A stretch of DNA of 64,000 nt, from the NCBI GenBank assembly GCA_017447775.1, contig JAFSMU010000014.1:5718-69717 (forward strand), given 5' to 3'. This stretch comes from Clostridia bacterium (GTDB lineage Bacteria; Bacillota; Clostridia; Oscillospirales; CAG-272). This document shows, in pieces, positions 18,007 to 26,640 of the stretch (its first letter is position 1; every line of letters begins with the position of its first letter). The position numbers were made by a program, and so were the translations under genes. The notes under the pieces are model-generated. The model was not told where the DNA came from, did no database searches, and saw only the letters and a list, made by a program, of their open reading frames with translations.

Positions 18007-19101
18007 ATGAAAAAGTTCAGAAGTTCTATAATATTCATATTGGTGCTGGCTTTTGCGATAGCTCTCTGCTCTTGCGCGAAAAAGCCCGCCGACAACACGG
18101 AAGCAACGACAGCGGCAACACAGGCGCCGACAGAAGTCGTTGAGCCAACGGCAGAACCGACGGCACAGCCGACAACCGAACCGACGGCACAGCCGACGGA
18201 GGCGCCCACCGAAGCTCCCACAGAGGCGCCGACAGAGGAGCCGACAACCGAACCGACGTCAGAGCCGACAGCTGAACCGACGACCGAGCCAACGACCGAA
18301 CCAACGACCGAGCCTGATGAGCCGGACGAGCCGCAGGCGCTCAAGCTCGTTTATCTCAATGCAAACGCGGGCGTTATCGCCGAGGCAAAACAGCTTGACA
18401 ACAGCTGGGTCATCCGCTCGGTAGGATCGGCGATCAACGTAACAAACGGCAAGGAAGTCGGATCGATAAGAATGGTTTACGGGACGTACACCTCCCGCGG
18501 CGACATTGATGCGGCGCAGACAAGCATGGCGAGCGGCGGGTATTTCCTTATTGATTACAACAACAGCGTAATATCGAAAGTCGACGAAATGACAGCCGGG
18601 AAATACGGCACCGAAGACAACTACGCGGGCGTTCATGCCGGCACGATAACGGCCGCCGAATCAAACGGCAAAACGATTGCCACGATGAACGGCTACAAAA
18701 ACGTCGATGTCACGGGATATAAGTTCAAATTCCTGTATCACGACCTTGACGGCAACAACTTCGGCGTCGGCGGTGACAGCACATCGGTTCAGGTCGCAAC
18801 AGTCGAGGAGATCGTAAAATCTTATGAATCGCAGACAAAGATAGTCAACGAGGGCGTCGGCGGCGCAAATATGTACACCGAGGACGACGTCGCAGAGGCG
18901 CAGGATAAGATCGACGCAATTAAGGCGGGCGCCGTGGATAAATACTTCAACGGCACGTTCTGGAACGTTCCGATGTCGCCCGTAAACAACTATATGGCTA
19001 TCGAGGCGGCGTCGTATCAGAACCCGTCGGCAACCCTTTCGTTCAACTACGTCGTTATTGCCGACACGATCTACGTCTTTGTAAACAGCTTTACAAAATA
19101 A
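18007..19101 (+). CDS. Probable lipoprotein: PT(E) linker plus a ~254-aa C-terminal module paralogous to the C-terminus of the 1916-aa SLH protein
   Basis: Signal peptide with Cys (LAFAIALCSC|AKK) and a TEPT/TEAPT linker (aa 41-109). Residues 111-364 align without gaps to the last 253 aa of ORF 51601..57351, about 176/253 identical by my hand count. Confidence 0.75.
   Translation: MKKFRSSIIFILVLAFAIALCSCAKKPADNTEATTAATQAPTEVVEPTAEPTAQPTTEPTAQPTEAPTEAPTEAPTEEPTTEPTSEPTAEPTTEPTTEPTTEPDEPDEPQALKLVYLNANAGVIAEAKQLDNSWVIRSVGSAINVTNGKEVGSIRMVYGTYTSRGDIDAAQTSMASGGYFLIDYNNSVISKVDEMTAGKYGTEDNYAGVHAGTITAAESNGKTIATMNGYKNVDVTGYKFKFLYHDLDGNNFGVGGDSTSVQVATVEEIVKSYESQTKIVNEGVGGANMYTEDDVAEAQDKIDAIKAGAVDKYFNGTFWNVPMSPVNNYMAIEAASYQNPSATLSFNYVVIADTIYVFVNSFTK
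18127..18333 (+). repeat. Coding low-complexity PT(E) linker repeat
   Basis: (A/T)EPT / TEAPT units. The DNA is similar to the linker in the preceding gene. Confidence 0.85.
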
Positions 19102-19140
19102 AACGCGATCATACATTTTCAGCATCAGGAGGAATTTTCA

Positions 19141-19911
19141 ATGAAACTCAAATTTATGACGTACAACATCGCCTCGGGGCGCGTTTTCGACAGACCGATG
19201 CCCGAGGACAAGAAATATAAATCGTACCTCGATCTTAACCGCTGCATCGAGGTCATAAAGGAAGTAAACCCCGATTTTCTCGGTCTGAACGAGATAAACG
19301 AGGACGAAAAGCGCTTCGGGTGCAAGTCGCAGCCGGAGGAGATAGCAAAAGGTGCCGGATTTGAGTACTGGTATTTCGGCAAGGCGATATCGTTCCCGTC
19401 CTCGCCCGACGGCGCGTACGGCAACGCGCAGTGCTCGCATCTGCCGTTTGTTTCGACGTCGACGGTGCACATTCCCGATCCCGAATTTCCCGACGAGGAA
19501 GCGTACTACGAGCACCGCGCGATAGTCAAAAACGTCATCGAGCTTCCCGACGGGCGCCGCCTCTGCGTCATGCAGGTACACGTCGGGCTTGCGATCGGCG
19601 AGCATCAGAACGCCGTTGTGAAGCTGTGCGAGGAGATAGACAACGCCGAGTACCCCGTGGTGCTTATGGGCGACTTCAATATGCGCCCGTACGATTTTCT
19701 TATGGATCGCATCCGCGAGAGGCTCGTTTCCGCCGCCGAGGCGACGGGAAACAAGTACATAAAGACGTTCCCGTCAAACCCCGAGCTGCCGTCAAAGCCG
19801 ATAAAGATCGACTACATCTTCGTTTCGCCGTCGATAAAGGTGAACGCCGTCGGCACGTTCGATTCGATGGCGTCGGATCATCTGCCGCTGTGGGCGGAGC
19901 TTGAAATCTGA
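19141..19911 (+). CDS. Endonuclease/exonuclease/phosphatase (EEP) family protein
   Basis: MKLKFMTYNIASG...LGLNEIN...GDFNMRP...SDHLPLWAELEI. No signal peptide. Confidence 0.8.
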   Translation: MKLKFMTYNIASGRVFDRPMPEDKKYKSYLDLNRCIEVIKEVNPDFLGLNEINEDEKRFGCKSQPEEIAKGAGFEYWYFGKAISFPSSPDGAYGNAQCSHLPFVSTSTVHIPDPEFPDEEAYYEHRAIVKNVIELPDGRRLCVMQVHVGLAIGEHQNAVVKLCEEIDNAEYPVVLMGDFNMRPYDFLMDRIRERLVSAAEATGNKYIKTFPSNPELPSKPIKIDYIFVSPSIKVNAVGTFDSMASDHLPLWAELEI

Positions 19912-19920
19912 CAATAACTA

Positions 19921-19948
19921 AAAGCCCTTGCGTTTGCAAGGGCTTTTT
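19921..19948. terminator. Bidirectional rho-independent terminator
   Basis: AAGCCCTTGC-GTTT-GCAAGGGCTT-TTTT, between the convergent EEP gene and spoIIE. Confidence 0.7.
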
Positions 19949-22303
19949 TCATTCTGCGGCTTTCAGTTTCGGCTTTGGTTTTGCCTTTGATTTTATCGCG
20001 TCCGCCTTTTTCAGCACGCGCAAAAGCGTGATCGTCATGTCGTCGCTGTTGTGGTTTTGCGTCGCGGCCGCTGTGATGATTTTCTCCGCCATTTCGTCAA
20101 GGTCGTCCGTCCACTCGCGCTCGATGAACTCCACAAACCACGACGGATCAAGCGACGCGGAAACGTCAAAATCCTGCGCCACTCCGTCGCTGCACAAAAT
20201 AATAACGTCGCCGTTTTTCAGGTCAAATTCCGTCATTTCTGCACAAAACTCGCGCGTTATCCCTATCGGGAAAGTGCTTGATTCTATCTTGAAAATGCTC
20301 CCGCCGCGACGCACGTAAGACGGTGTTGCCCCGCTTTTGACAAACGACGCCGTACCTTGCATAAGATCGATCTCAAGCAGATCGACGGTGGCGTAACACT
20401 CGACTCCCTTGTTGCGAATGAAAGTGTTCAGCATTTCAAGCGTCGTCTGTTTTGCGTTGCCGCATCCGAGCATCTTTTCAAGGAAAACGCAGCTTATTTT
20501 CGACGTTGCGGCGGCGATCTGCCCGCTCCCCATTCCGTCGCAAATAAACGAATAAAAATATCCGTCGCGGTTGTATAACGACGCAACACTGTCGCCGGAA
20601 ACGTCCTCGCCGCGCTTCGTTGTCTGCCGGCAGGAGCACTCGACGATGTACCCCGTGTCCGCTTCAAGTATCATTGCGGCGTGCCCTTCCTCGATCTTGA
20701 ATGTCGGCGGCAAAAATCTTTTTTTGCACACGTCCTCGCATATTTTTCGTATGTCCTCGGCGCCGATGCGCGCGCGCAGTATCTCGTCGCCCGTTGCGAT
20801 GACAAACGTCCGCCTGTCCCCGCATACAACAAGGTTTTCGGTTGCGAATCCGCGACGCAAAAGCTCTCGCCTCAGCTTTTCCGAAAGAATCCTGTCAGGT
20901 TCGTACTTGCCGCCCGACTGTGCCAGCGCGTCGCCTATCATATGCGCGGAAGCCTCGTAGTCGAGCGAAAGAATGTCTATTTGTTCGTCGCCCGTCATCA
21001 TATCGACAAGACGCGCGGCGCCATCGTTTATATCGGAGATTATCTGCTCTGTTTTCGGGCATTTCGACGCTATGTATTCGCCGATTTTTTCGCGGTCGAC
21101 GCGCCCGCTTGACATGAGCTTGTACGCAAGATTTTCGATCGCATCGTCGCCGGGGATCGAACCGATATCATGGCACTTGCAGTCGACGGGGCAATCTTTA
21201 CAATGCTCGTTCCATACGGAGCGGCACATCGACTCAAACGATATATTCTTCTTTTTGCGGAATTTCTCCTTTATCCCGCCGATAAACTCCGACAGTGATC
21301 TCATGGCTTGTGATAACATCTCCATTCTTTTTTTGTTTTCTCCTTCTTTAAGTTCGTTTATGACTTGTCCGACGCGGCGCTCGCCGTCGGGCGTTTTTTT
21401 GCGGCGGATCATTCCCATTGCCGCCGGGACGGCTGTCAGCGCCTCGCCGATTATCAGCGGGATCAAGTTTTCGTAAAAGCCTGCCGATCCAAACGCGTAA
21501 AGCACCCCGCCGACGTATATCGCCATTGACGTTACCTGCGCCGCGAATGCGCCGAGAAGTCCGAAAAAACCCGCGGCGCACCCCACAAGCGCGAGTATCG
21601 CCGCCCACTCGCCGCCAAGCACAAGTCCCGAAAGCAGTCCCGCAACACCGCCGTATGCTCCGCCCCACATAAACGCCGCAAGCAGCGTTGATACGCAGGC
21701 AAACGCCGCCGAAACGTCGACGCCGAATATCTCTATCCCGCGCACCGCAAGCGTTACGCAAACCGTTATAAATATAACGCCTATCGGAAATAGCGCTGTG
21801 TATTTGTATGCCTTATCGAGAAAGAACGAGAACGCCGCCGCAGAGCTTATGGCAAGGCAAACGCAAAGCACGCCCGAAAGAACGGCGTCATACGACGGGG
21901 CTATAATATAGTTCGCTATTGCCGCCGCGCCGCCGCCGACAAGCGCCGCCGATATCCGCGCGCCCATTCCGTCGTACACGCGCAGCCCATCTGAAAAAAA
22001 CCGCTTCGGTTCGCGCAAAACCGCAAGCATGATCCTGATCAGACACGAAAGCGCCGATGCAAGAACGTATATCCGCGTGTCGAAAAACGCGCTGCCGACG
22101 ATCACCCCAAGCAGAACCGCGGCCGGATAGTCGGCGGCGGCGCAGACAGCTCCGATGCCAAGCGGGTATATGTCAAGCGGAAGCTTTGCGACAGACATAA
22201 TAAACCCCAGAACGGCAAGGAATACGCATTTGAAAACAAGCTGCGCCGCGACGAAAAGCTCCTTGGCTCGCGGCTTTTTTTCGGCTGTTTTTTGTTCCGT
22301 CAT
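19949..22303 (-). CDS. spoIIE: Stage II sporulation protein E (PP2C phosphatase with polytopic membrane N-terminus)
   Basis: About 10 predicted TM helices, then a PP2C-like C-terminus (SGDSVA...FICDGMGSG...LCSDGV...SDDMTITLLRV). The start is at ATG 22303. Confidence 0.85.
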   Translation of the reverse strand: MTEQKTAEKKPRAKELFVAAQLVFKCVFLAVLGFIMSVAKLPLDIYPLGIGAVCAAADYPAAVLLGVIVGSAFFDTRIYVLASALSCLIRIMLAVLREPKRFFSDGLRVYDGMGARISAALVGGGAAAIANYIIAPSYDAVLSGVLCVCLAISSAAAFSFFLDKAYKYTALFPIGVIFITVCVTLAVRGIEIFGVDVSAAFACVSTLLAAFMWGGAYGGVAGLLSGLVLGGEWAAILALVGCAAGFFGLLGAFAAQVTSMAIYVGGVLYAFGSAGFYENLIPLIIGEALTAVPAAMGMIRRKKTPDGERRVGQVINELKEGENKKRMEMLSQAMRSLSEFIGGIKEKFRKKKNISFESMCRSVWNEHCKDCPVDCKCHDIGSIPGDDAIENLAYKLMSSGRVDREKIGEYIASKCPKTEQIISDINDGAARLVDMMTGDEQIDILSLDYEASAHMIGDALAQSGGKYEPDRILSEKLRRELLRRGFATENLVVCGDRRTFVIATGDEILRARIGAEDIRKICEDVCKKRFLPPTFKIEEGHAAMILEADTGYIVECSCRQTTKRGEDVSGDSVASLYNRDGYFYSFICDGMGSGQIAAATSKISCVFLEKMLGCGNAKQTTLEMLNTFIRNKGVECYATVDLLEIDLMQGTASFVKSGATPSYVRRGGSIFKIESSTFPIGITREFCAEMTEFDLKNGDVIILCSDGVAQDFDVSASLDPSWFVEFIEREWTDDLDEMAEKIITAAATQNHNSDDMTITLLRVLKKADAIKSKAKPKPKLKAAE

Positions 22304-22333
22304 TTTTATCACATCCTTTTTTCTTTTACTGCA

Positions 22334-22442
22334 ATTATACAACAGTATTAAAAAAAAGAATGTCGGAGTGTGCATCGGGAATTTTGGTTTTTTCCCTCGC
22401 ATTTGCCGCCACCGACACGCTTTTTGTAAGATTTTTTTGACA
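22334..22442 (-). promoter_or_regulatory. Candidate Spo0A-dependent spoIIE promoter region
   Basis: TATAAT (22339..22334) has a TCCGACA element (22367..22361) 21 nt upstream instead of 17. Further 0A-box-like CCGACA (22412..22417, as read on the plus strand) and TGTCAAA (22442..22436, minus strand). Confidence 0.3.
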
Positions 22443-22475
22443 GATGAAACTTTGTGTTGTATTTTTGCGAACGAA

Positions 22476-23513
22476 TTATGCCGCGCTGTCCTCGTATATC
22501 TCGGATATGACGGCGTCGGTCATATTACCAATGAAAATTCCGTACCCTTCCGTCGGATCTCCGACAAGCACGTGCGTTACCGCCCCGACAAGTTTACCGT
22601 TTTGAATTATCGGCGAGCCGCTCATCCCCTGAACGATGCCGCCGGAGAGCTCAAGCAGGCGCTCGTCCGTCACCTTGACGGAAAAATTCTTTTCTCCGCC
22701 GCCCGAAAGCTTTGATATGCGGATCTCGTACAGTTCCGGCGTACCCGATACGCACGAGCGGATATACGCCGTTCCGTTTTCGACCTCCGACGCGTCGGCG
22801 ATCTCGTATGGCTCGCCCGAAAACTCAGGCATATCGGAAAGAACGCCATAAACGCCCGTCAGTTCGTTTTTTGTCACTTTGCCTATGCGCCGCCCGGTAA
22901 ACGCGCCGCGAAGCTCGCCCGGCGCGCCGGCTTTGCCGCGATTTATACCGGTTATTTCCACGTCCTCGACGCTGCCATACCTTATTGGCAGCACCGCGCC
23001 GGAGTCGGCGTCGCAAACGCCGTGTCCCAGACCTGCGAAAAAGCGGGTGTCAGGCTCGATAAACGTTACCGTCCCGATCCCCGCGGCGCTGTCGCGCACC
23101 ACAACGCCGATTTTGCGCTTGCCGGAGTCGTCGTTTTCCGGGCGCACCACGGTCTTTTTTTCCTTGCCGCCGCGAATAAAGGTGACTTCCGCCGTGTCGT
23201 CGCACGCTTCAAGCGCGTTTGTAAGCTCGCGGATAGACGAAACGCCGTATCCGCCGACGCCCGTTATGATGTCGCCTCGGCGAAGCCCCGCCTCCGCCGC
23301 GGGGGAACGCCCCGCGCCGTCGACCTCGTCCGTGCCCATAACGACGGCGCCGTCAATGTTTATCTTCATTCCGAACGGCATCCCGCCGACGTAGACCCGC
23401 TCCCCCGTACCCGAAGATGCGGCGTGCGACGGAACGACCGCTCCGAAAACGCAAATTCCAACCACAGCCAAAAAATACAATGAAAGTTTTTTTACTTTTC
23501 CAGCACTTAACAT
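22476..23513 (-). CDS. spoIVB: SpoIVB peptidase (S55), stage IV sporulation signalling protease
   Basis: PDZ-like GLRRGDIITGVGG, then GTVTFIEPDTRFFAGLGHGV and GIVQGMSGSPIIQNGKLVGAVTHV. The start is at ATG 23513. Confidence 0.85.
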   Translation of the reverse strand: MLSAGKVKKLSLYFLAVVGICVFGAVVPSHAASSGTGERVYVGGMPFGMKINIDGAVVMGTDEVDGAGRSPAAEAGLRRGDIITGVGGYGVSSIRELTNALEACDDTAEVTFIRGGKEKKTVVRPENDDSGKRKIGVVVRDSAAGIGTVTFIEPDTRFFAGLGHGVCDADSGAVLPIRYGSVEDVEITGINRGKAGAPGELRGAFTGRRIGKVTKNELTGVYGVLSDMPEFSGEPYEIADASEVENGTAYIRSCVSGTPELYEIRISKLSGGGEKNFSVKVTDERLLELSGGIVQGMSGSPIIQNGKLVGAVTHVLVGDPTEGYGIFIGNMTDAVISEIYEDSAA

Positions 23514-23675
23514 TGCCGTTTCCTTCCTCGTTTTTTGCACGTTGTTCGTGCTGTGTTCATTTTTGACCGAGCGGCAGTTTTTATGTCTTGCAGTTTTTTG
23601 ACGGACAGCCAATTTTATATATCGAAACGGCGCGTTTTCTTTTTTATAAAAAAATAATGTATTTTCAAAAAAGCA

Positions 23676-23704
23676 TTGATTTTGCTTTTTGTATATGATA
23701 AACT
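23676..23704 (+). promoter_or_regulatory. Sigma-A-type promoter candidate for the corrinoid protein gene
   Basis: TTGATT, a 17-nt spacer, then TAAACT. Confidence 0.4.
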
Positions 23705-23753
23705 GTACACAGCGATCCGAATATATTTTTTAATAATATAAGGAGAAATAAAA

Positions 23754-24386
23754 GTGTCAATTATTTCCGAAATTTCAGAAAAAATACAGGCCGGAAAAAC
23801 AAAAGATATAAAAGTTCTTGTTCCGCAGGCGCTTGAAGAAGGTCACACCGCAAGAGAAATACTTGAACAAGGTCTTCTTTCGGGCATGAACGTGGTCGGC
23901 GAAAAATTCAAAAACAATGAAATTTTCGTTCCCGAGGTGCTTATCGCCGCGCGCGCGATGAAAACAGGCGCCGAGATCCTTAAACCGTATCTTGTTTCCG
24001 ACAATGTTCAGCCGGTAGGCAAGGTCGTTCTCGGAACGGTCAAGGGAGATTTGCACGATATTGGAAAAAATCTTGTAAAAATGATGCTTGAAGGCAAAGG
24101 GCTTGAAGTTATAGACCTCGGCACCGACGTCGCGCCCGAAGCGTTTGTTTCGACGGCGATAGACGAGGGCGCAAAGGTGATCTGCTGTTCCGCCCTGCTT
24201 ACCACGACGATGAACGAAATGAAAAACGTCGTCGACGAATGCTGTGCCCGCGGCATACGCGAAAATGTGAAGATCATGGTCGGCGGCGCGCCGATAACGC
24301 AGGAGTTCTGCGACAGTATAGGCGCCGACGCTTACACCGCAGACGCGGCAAGCTGCGCCGAGGTCGCGCGGAGCTTTTTCGCTTGA
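23754..24386 (+). CDS. Corrinoid (cobalamin)-binding protein, methyltransferase-cognate type
   Basis: B12-binding cap helix domain plus a Rossmann-like domain with the DxHxxG motif (GDLHDIGKNLV). 210 aa, GTG start. Confidence 0.8.
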   Translation: MSIISEISEKIQAGKTKDIKVLVPQALEEGHTAREILEQGLLSGMNVVGEKFKNNEIFVPEVLIAARAMKTGAEILKPYLVSDNVQPVGKVVLGTVKGDLHDIGKNLVKMMLEGKGLEVIDLGTDVAPEAFVSTAIDEGAKVICCSALLTTTMNEMKNVVDECCARGIRENVKIMVGGAPITQEFCDSIGADAYTADAASCAEVARSFFA

Positions 24387-24396
24387 TAAAAATATA

Positions 24397-24423
24397 AAAG
24401 CCGCCATTTCAGGCGGCTTTTTT
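24397..24423 (+). terminator. Rho-independent terminator
   Basis: AAAGCCGCC-ATTTCA-GGCGGCTTT-TTT. Confidence 0.7.
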
Positions 24424-24433
24424 GCCAATATAC

Positions 24434-24459
24434 AAAAACCACCCTTGCGGGTGGTTTTT
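24434..24459 (-). terminator. Rho-independent terminator for the ABC/GldG/DUF4340 array
   Basis: On the minus strand: AAAAACCACCC-GCAA-GGGTGGTTTTT. Confidence 0.7.
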
Positions 24460-24465
24460 CTTTTA

Positions 24466-26640
24466 TCAGTTGGGCGACATTTTGTCGATGCTCTTGCCGT
24501 CGATGACTTTCGCCGCGTCGCTGTACAGTTTGTCTATCTGATACGTTCTCATATACAGCCCGTCGGATACGGTCGTCGTCCGGTCGATAAGCGTCTGCGT
24601 GCCGTCGGCGTTTATTCTATATTTATACGTCGTTATCTTCGGAACGACGTATGAATACGTCTGGTTCACGCGCTTTGTCGTGTTCCCGTTTTCGTCGGTG
24701 TAATCGTAAAGCACGTCAAATATCTCAAATTCGTACAGTGTTCTTTCGTATTCGCCCTCGACCGCGCCGGAAAGATACGACCAGCTTGCAAGATGTCCGT
24801 TTTCGTCGATCTCGTAGTTTCTCGGTTTGAGCTTTGAGTCGGCGTGGTCCTCTTCTTTGAGGAAGAAGCGCCCGCGCGATTCGTCATAGTACGCCACGGG
24901 GTAAGTCAGCGTGCGCTCCGATCCGTCACTTCCCTTTACCTTGACCGTTACGTTGCGACAGCGGATAAAACCGCCGTCGTATATCGCCGTCACGTACTCG
25001 CCGTCCGAAACGACTCTTTGCCCGCGCGAGTCAAACCTGTAAAAGCTTTGTTCGCGGTCGCGCTCGGTCGACATTATCGTTATCTTGCGAGATGGCAAGT
25101 TGTCGACGTTTTCAAGATCGATCTCGGCGTCAACGGCGTATTCGCGCGTGATGAGGACGTAATAAAGATCGCGGAAGTTTTCGTAAGTGCCGACTGTTTT
25201 GGTAGTAGTAAACGAGCCCTGCTTGACTCTAATCATTTCAACGTCGAATGTGACCGGTTTTCCGCTGCGGATTATCGCCTCGGCGTCATCTCCGGCTTTC
25301 GTTACGTCAACGTGGAAGTTTGTAAAGTTGCCCGTCTGCGAGAAGCGGACGTCGCCGCCGGCGCCGCCAAGCTCCATATAGTCGAGCGTTGTTATCGACT
25401 GCATATAGAACTGCGCGCTGATAAAGCGGACCGTTCTCCACGTGATAAATTCAAAATCGCTCGCCTTGACGGTGAATATCGTTTCGCTGTACGGCGAGTA
25501 TGCATATCTGTACTCGACGTTTTCCTCGGCGTCGTAATAGGTGTTGCCGAAATAGAGCTTGAACGTCGCGTCGACGCTCTCGCCGTTGAGCGTTGCGCTA
25601 AACGACACCGCAACGCGCGCAAAGCATTTTTCAGTGCCTGCCTCAAGCCTGTTTTTGTCAAGATCAAGCCCGTATTTTTCATATACCGCGGGGTCGTTCA
25701 CGTTCTCGCCGTAGGAAACGACGTCAGACGCCGTCATAGACGTGAATTTATCGAGCACAACTCCGCCGAATGCATTTTCGAGCACGTGATATCCTTTGGG
25801 CATATCAAGGCAGTACGTTTCGCCCGTTGCGACCTGCTCATCATCGGAATATGTGTGTATCTTTACAACCGTCGCATAATCGTCGCCGCTCAGCCTGTCA
25901 AGCGTAAAGTCTGTCGGCAGATACGCCGCATCCGCAAGAACGGGAAGTACGGCGCGAGAAATAAGCGTTGCCGACGTGTTGACGACAAAGTCCGACGCTA
26001 CATAGTCGGTAAGCGAATATACGACGTAGTATTCTGCGCCGTCAACGACGTTGCGCCGCCCGTCGATCATCGCGTAATACCCCTTGCTGACGGGGTGCGC
26101 GTTTCCGATAACGACGGTGTACTGCGTTCCGTCAAGCAGGGCGACGGTAACCCGCGTGGGCGAAGAGCCGTCGTCAAGTCCGTAATCGGAAAGCTCCGCC
26201 GCCGTCGCGCGCTCGTTTATTCTGTCCTGCTTGCCGAGATCCGGCGGGTTTGTAACGAGCATAAGCGAGTGGATGACCTCGCTTGCGAGCGCCTCGGCGT
26301 CAAGGCGGACGTCCTCAAACCCCTCGATGTAAAACTCCGTCAGCGCCGTACCCGGATTCTTCGGTATAAGCTTGTATTCCTCTGTCTTTGACGATACGGA
26401 GATCGAGGCCACGTCTTTTCTTTCGCGCAGCTTTACCATAAGGATGGTATTGTCCCCGTACAACTCCTCCCCGTCAAGAAGCTGCGGCACGTACTTAACG
26501 ACGTTTCTGAGCGCCGGAGCTATCGCCGCAAAATACACGACGATGCCGATTAGCGCCACCGCAAGTATCACGCCGCTTGCAATAAGCGTCTTTTGAAGCG
26601 AGGTGAGCTTCTTTTTCGCTTTGTTTTCGGATGTTATCAT
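24466..26640 (-). CDS. Large membrane-anchored protein, DUF4340-like (GldG-associated)
   Basis: N-terminal TM helix (LIASGVILAVALIGIVVYFAAI) and a long extracytoplasmic region. The ATG at 26640 overlaps the upstream stop (ATGA). The DUF4340 assignment rests on context and recollection. Confidence 0.55.
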   Translation of the reverse strand: MITSENKAKKKLTSLQKTLIASGVILAVALIGIVVYFAAIAPALRNVVKYVPQLLDGEELYGDNTILMVKLRERKDVASISVSSKTEEYKLIPKNPGTALTEFYIEGFEDVRLDAEALASEVIHSLMLVTNPPDLGKQDRINERATAAELSDYGLDDGSSPTRVTVALLDGTQYTVVIGNAHPVSKGYYAMIDGRRNVVDGAEYYVVYSLTDYVASDFVVNTSATLISRAVLPVLADAAYLPTDFTLDRLSGDDYATVVKIHTYSDDEQVATGETYCLDMPKGYHVLENAFGGVVLDKFTSMTASDVVSYGENVNDPAVYEKYGLDLDKNRLEAGTEKCFARVAVSFSATLNGESVDATFKLYFGNTYYDAEENVEYRYAYSPYSETIFTVKASDFEFITWRTVRFISAQFYMQSITTLDYMELGGAGGDVRFSQTGNFTNFHVDVTKAGDDAEAIIRSGKPVTFDVEMIRVKQGSFTTTKTVGTYENFRDLYYVLITREYAVDAEIDLENVDNLPSRKITIMSTERDREQSFYRFDSRGQRVVSDGEYVTAIYDGGFIRCRNVTVKVKGSDGSERTLTYPVAYYDESRGRFFLKEEDHADSKLKPRNYEIDENGHLASWSYLSGAVEGEYERTLYEFEIFDVLYDYTDENGNTTKRVNQTYSYVVPKITTYKYRINADGTQTLIDRTTTVSDGLYMRTYQIDKLYSDAAKVIDGKSIDKMSPN

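Noticed and set aside
17144-18424. ORFs 17144..17548(-), 17251..17451(-), 17341..17586(+), 17823..18344(-), 18035..18304(-) and 18140..18424(+), with Gly/Ser/Val- or Arg/Gln/Ser-rich translations.
   Set aside because: They are alternative-frame or antisense readings of the PT(E) linker repeats in genes 17202..17993 and 18007..19101. They have low-complexity products, no start context, and the sense frames carry recognisable domains.
24844-26391. A 515-aa plus-strand ORF, with similar long antisense ORFs at 31498..32466, 40225..41100, 16227..17162, 9274..10107, 5790..6551 and 42959..43621.
   Set aside because: Each is antisense to a gene with clear family motifs (DUF4340-like, glpK, DAHP synthase, rny, ymdB, prsA-like/efp region, G1PDH-like). 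The Arg/Val/Phe-rich compositions are typical of stop-poor antisense frames in GC-rich DNA.
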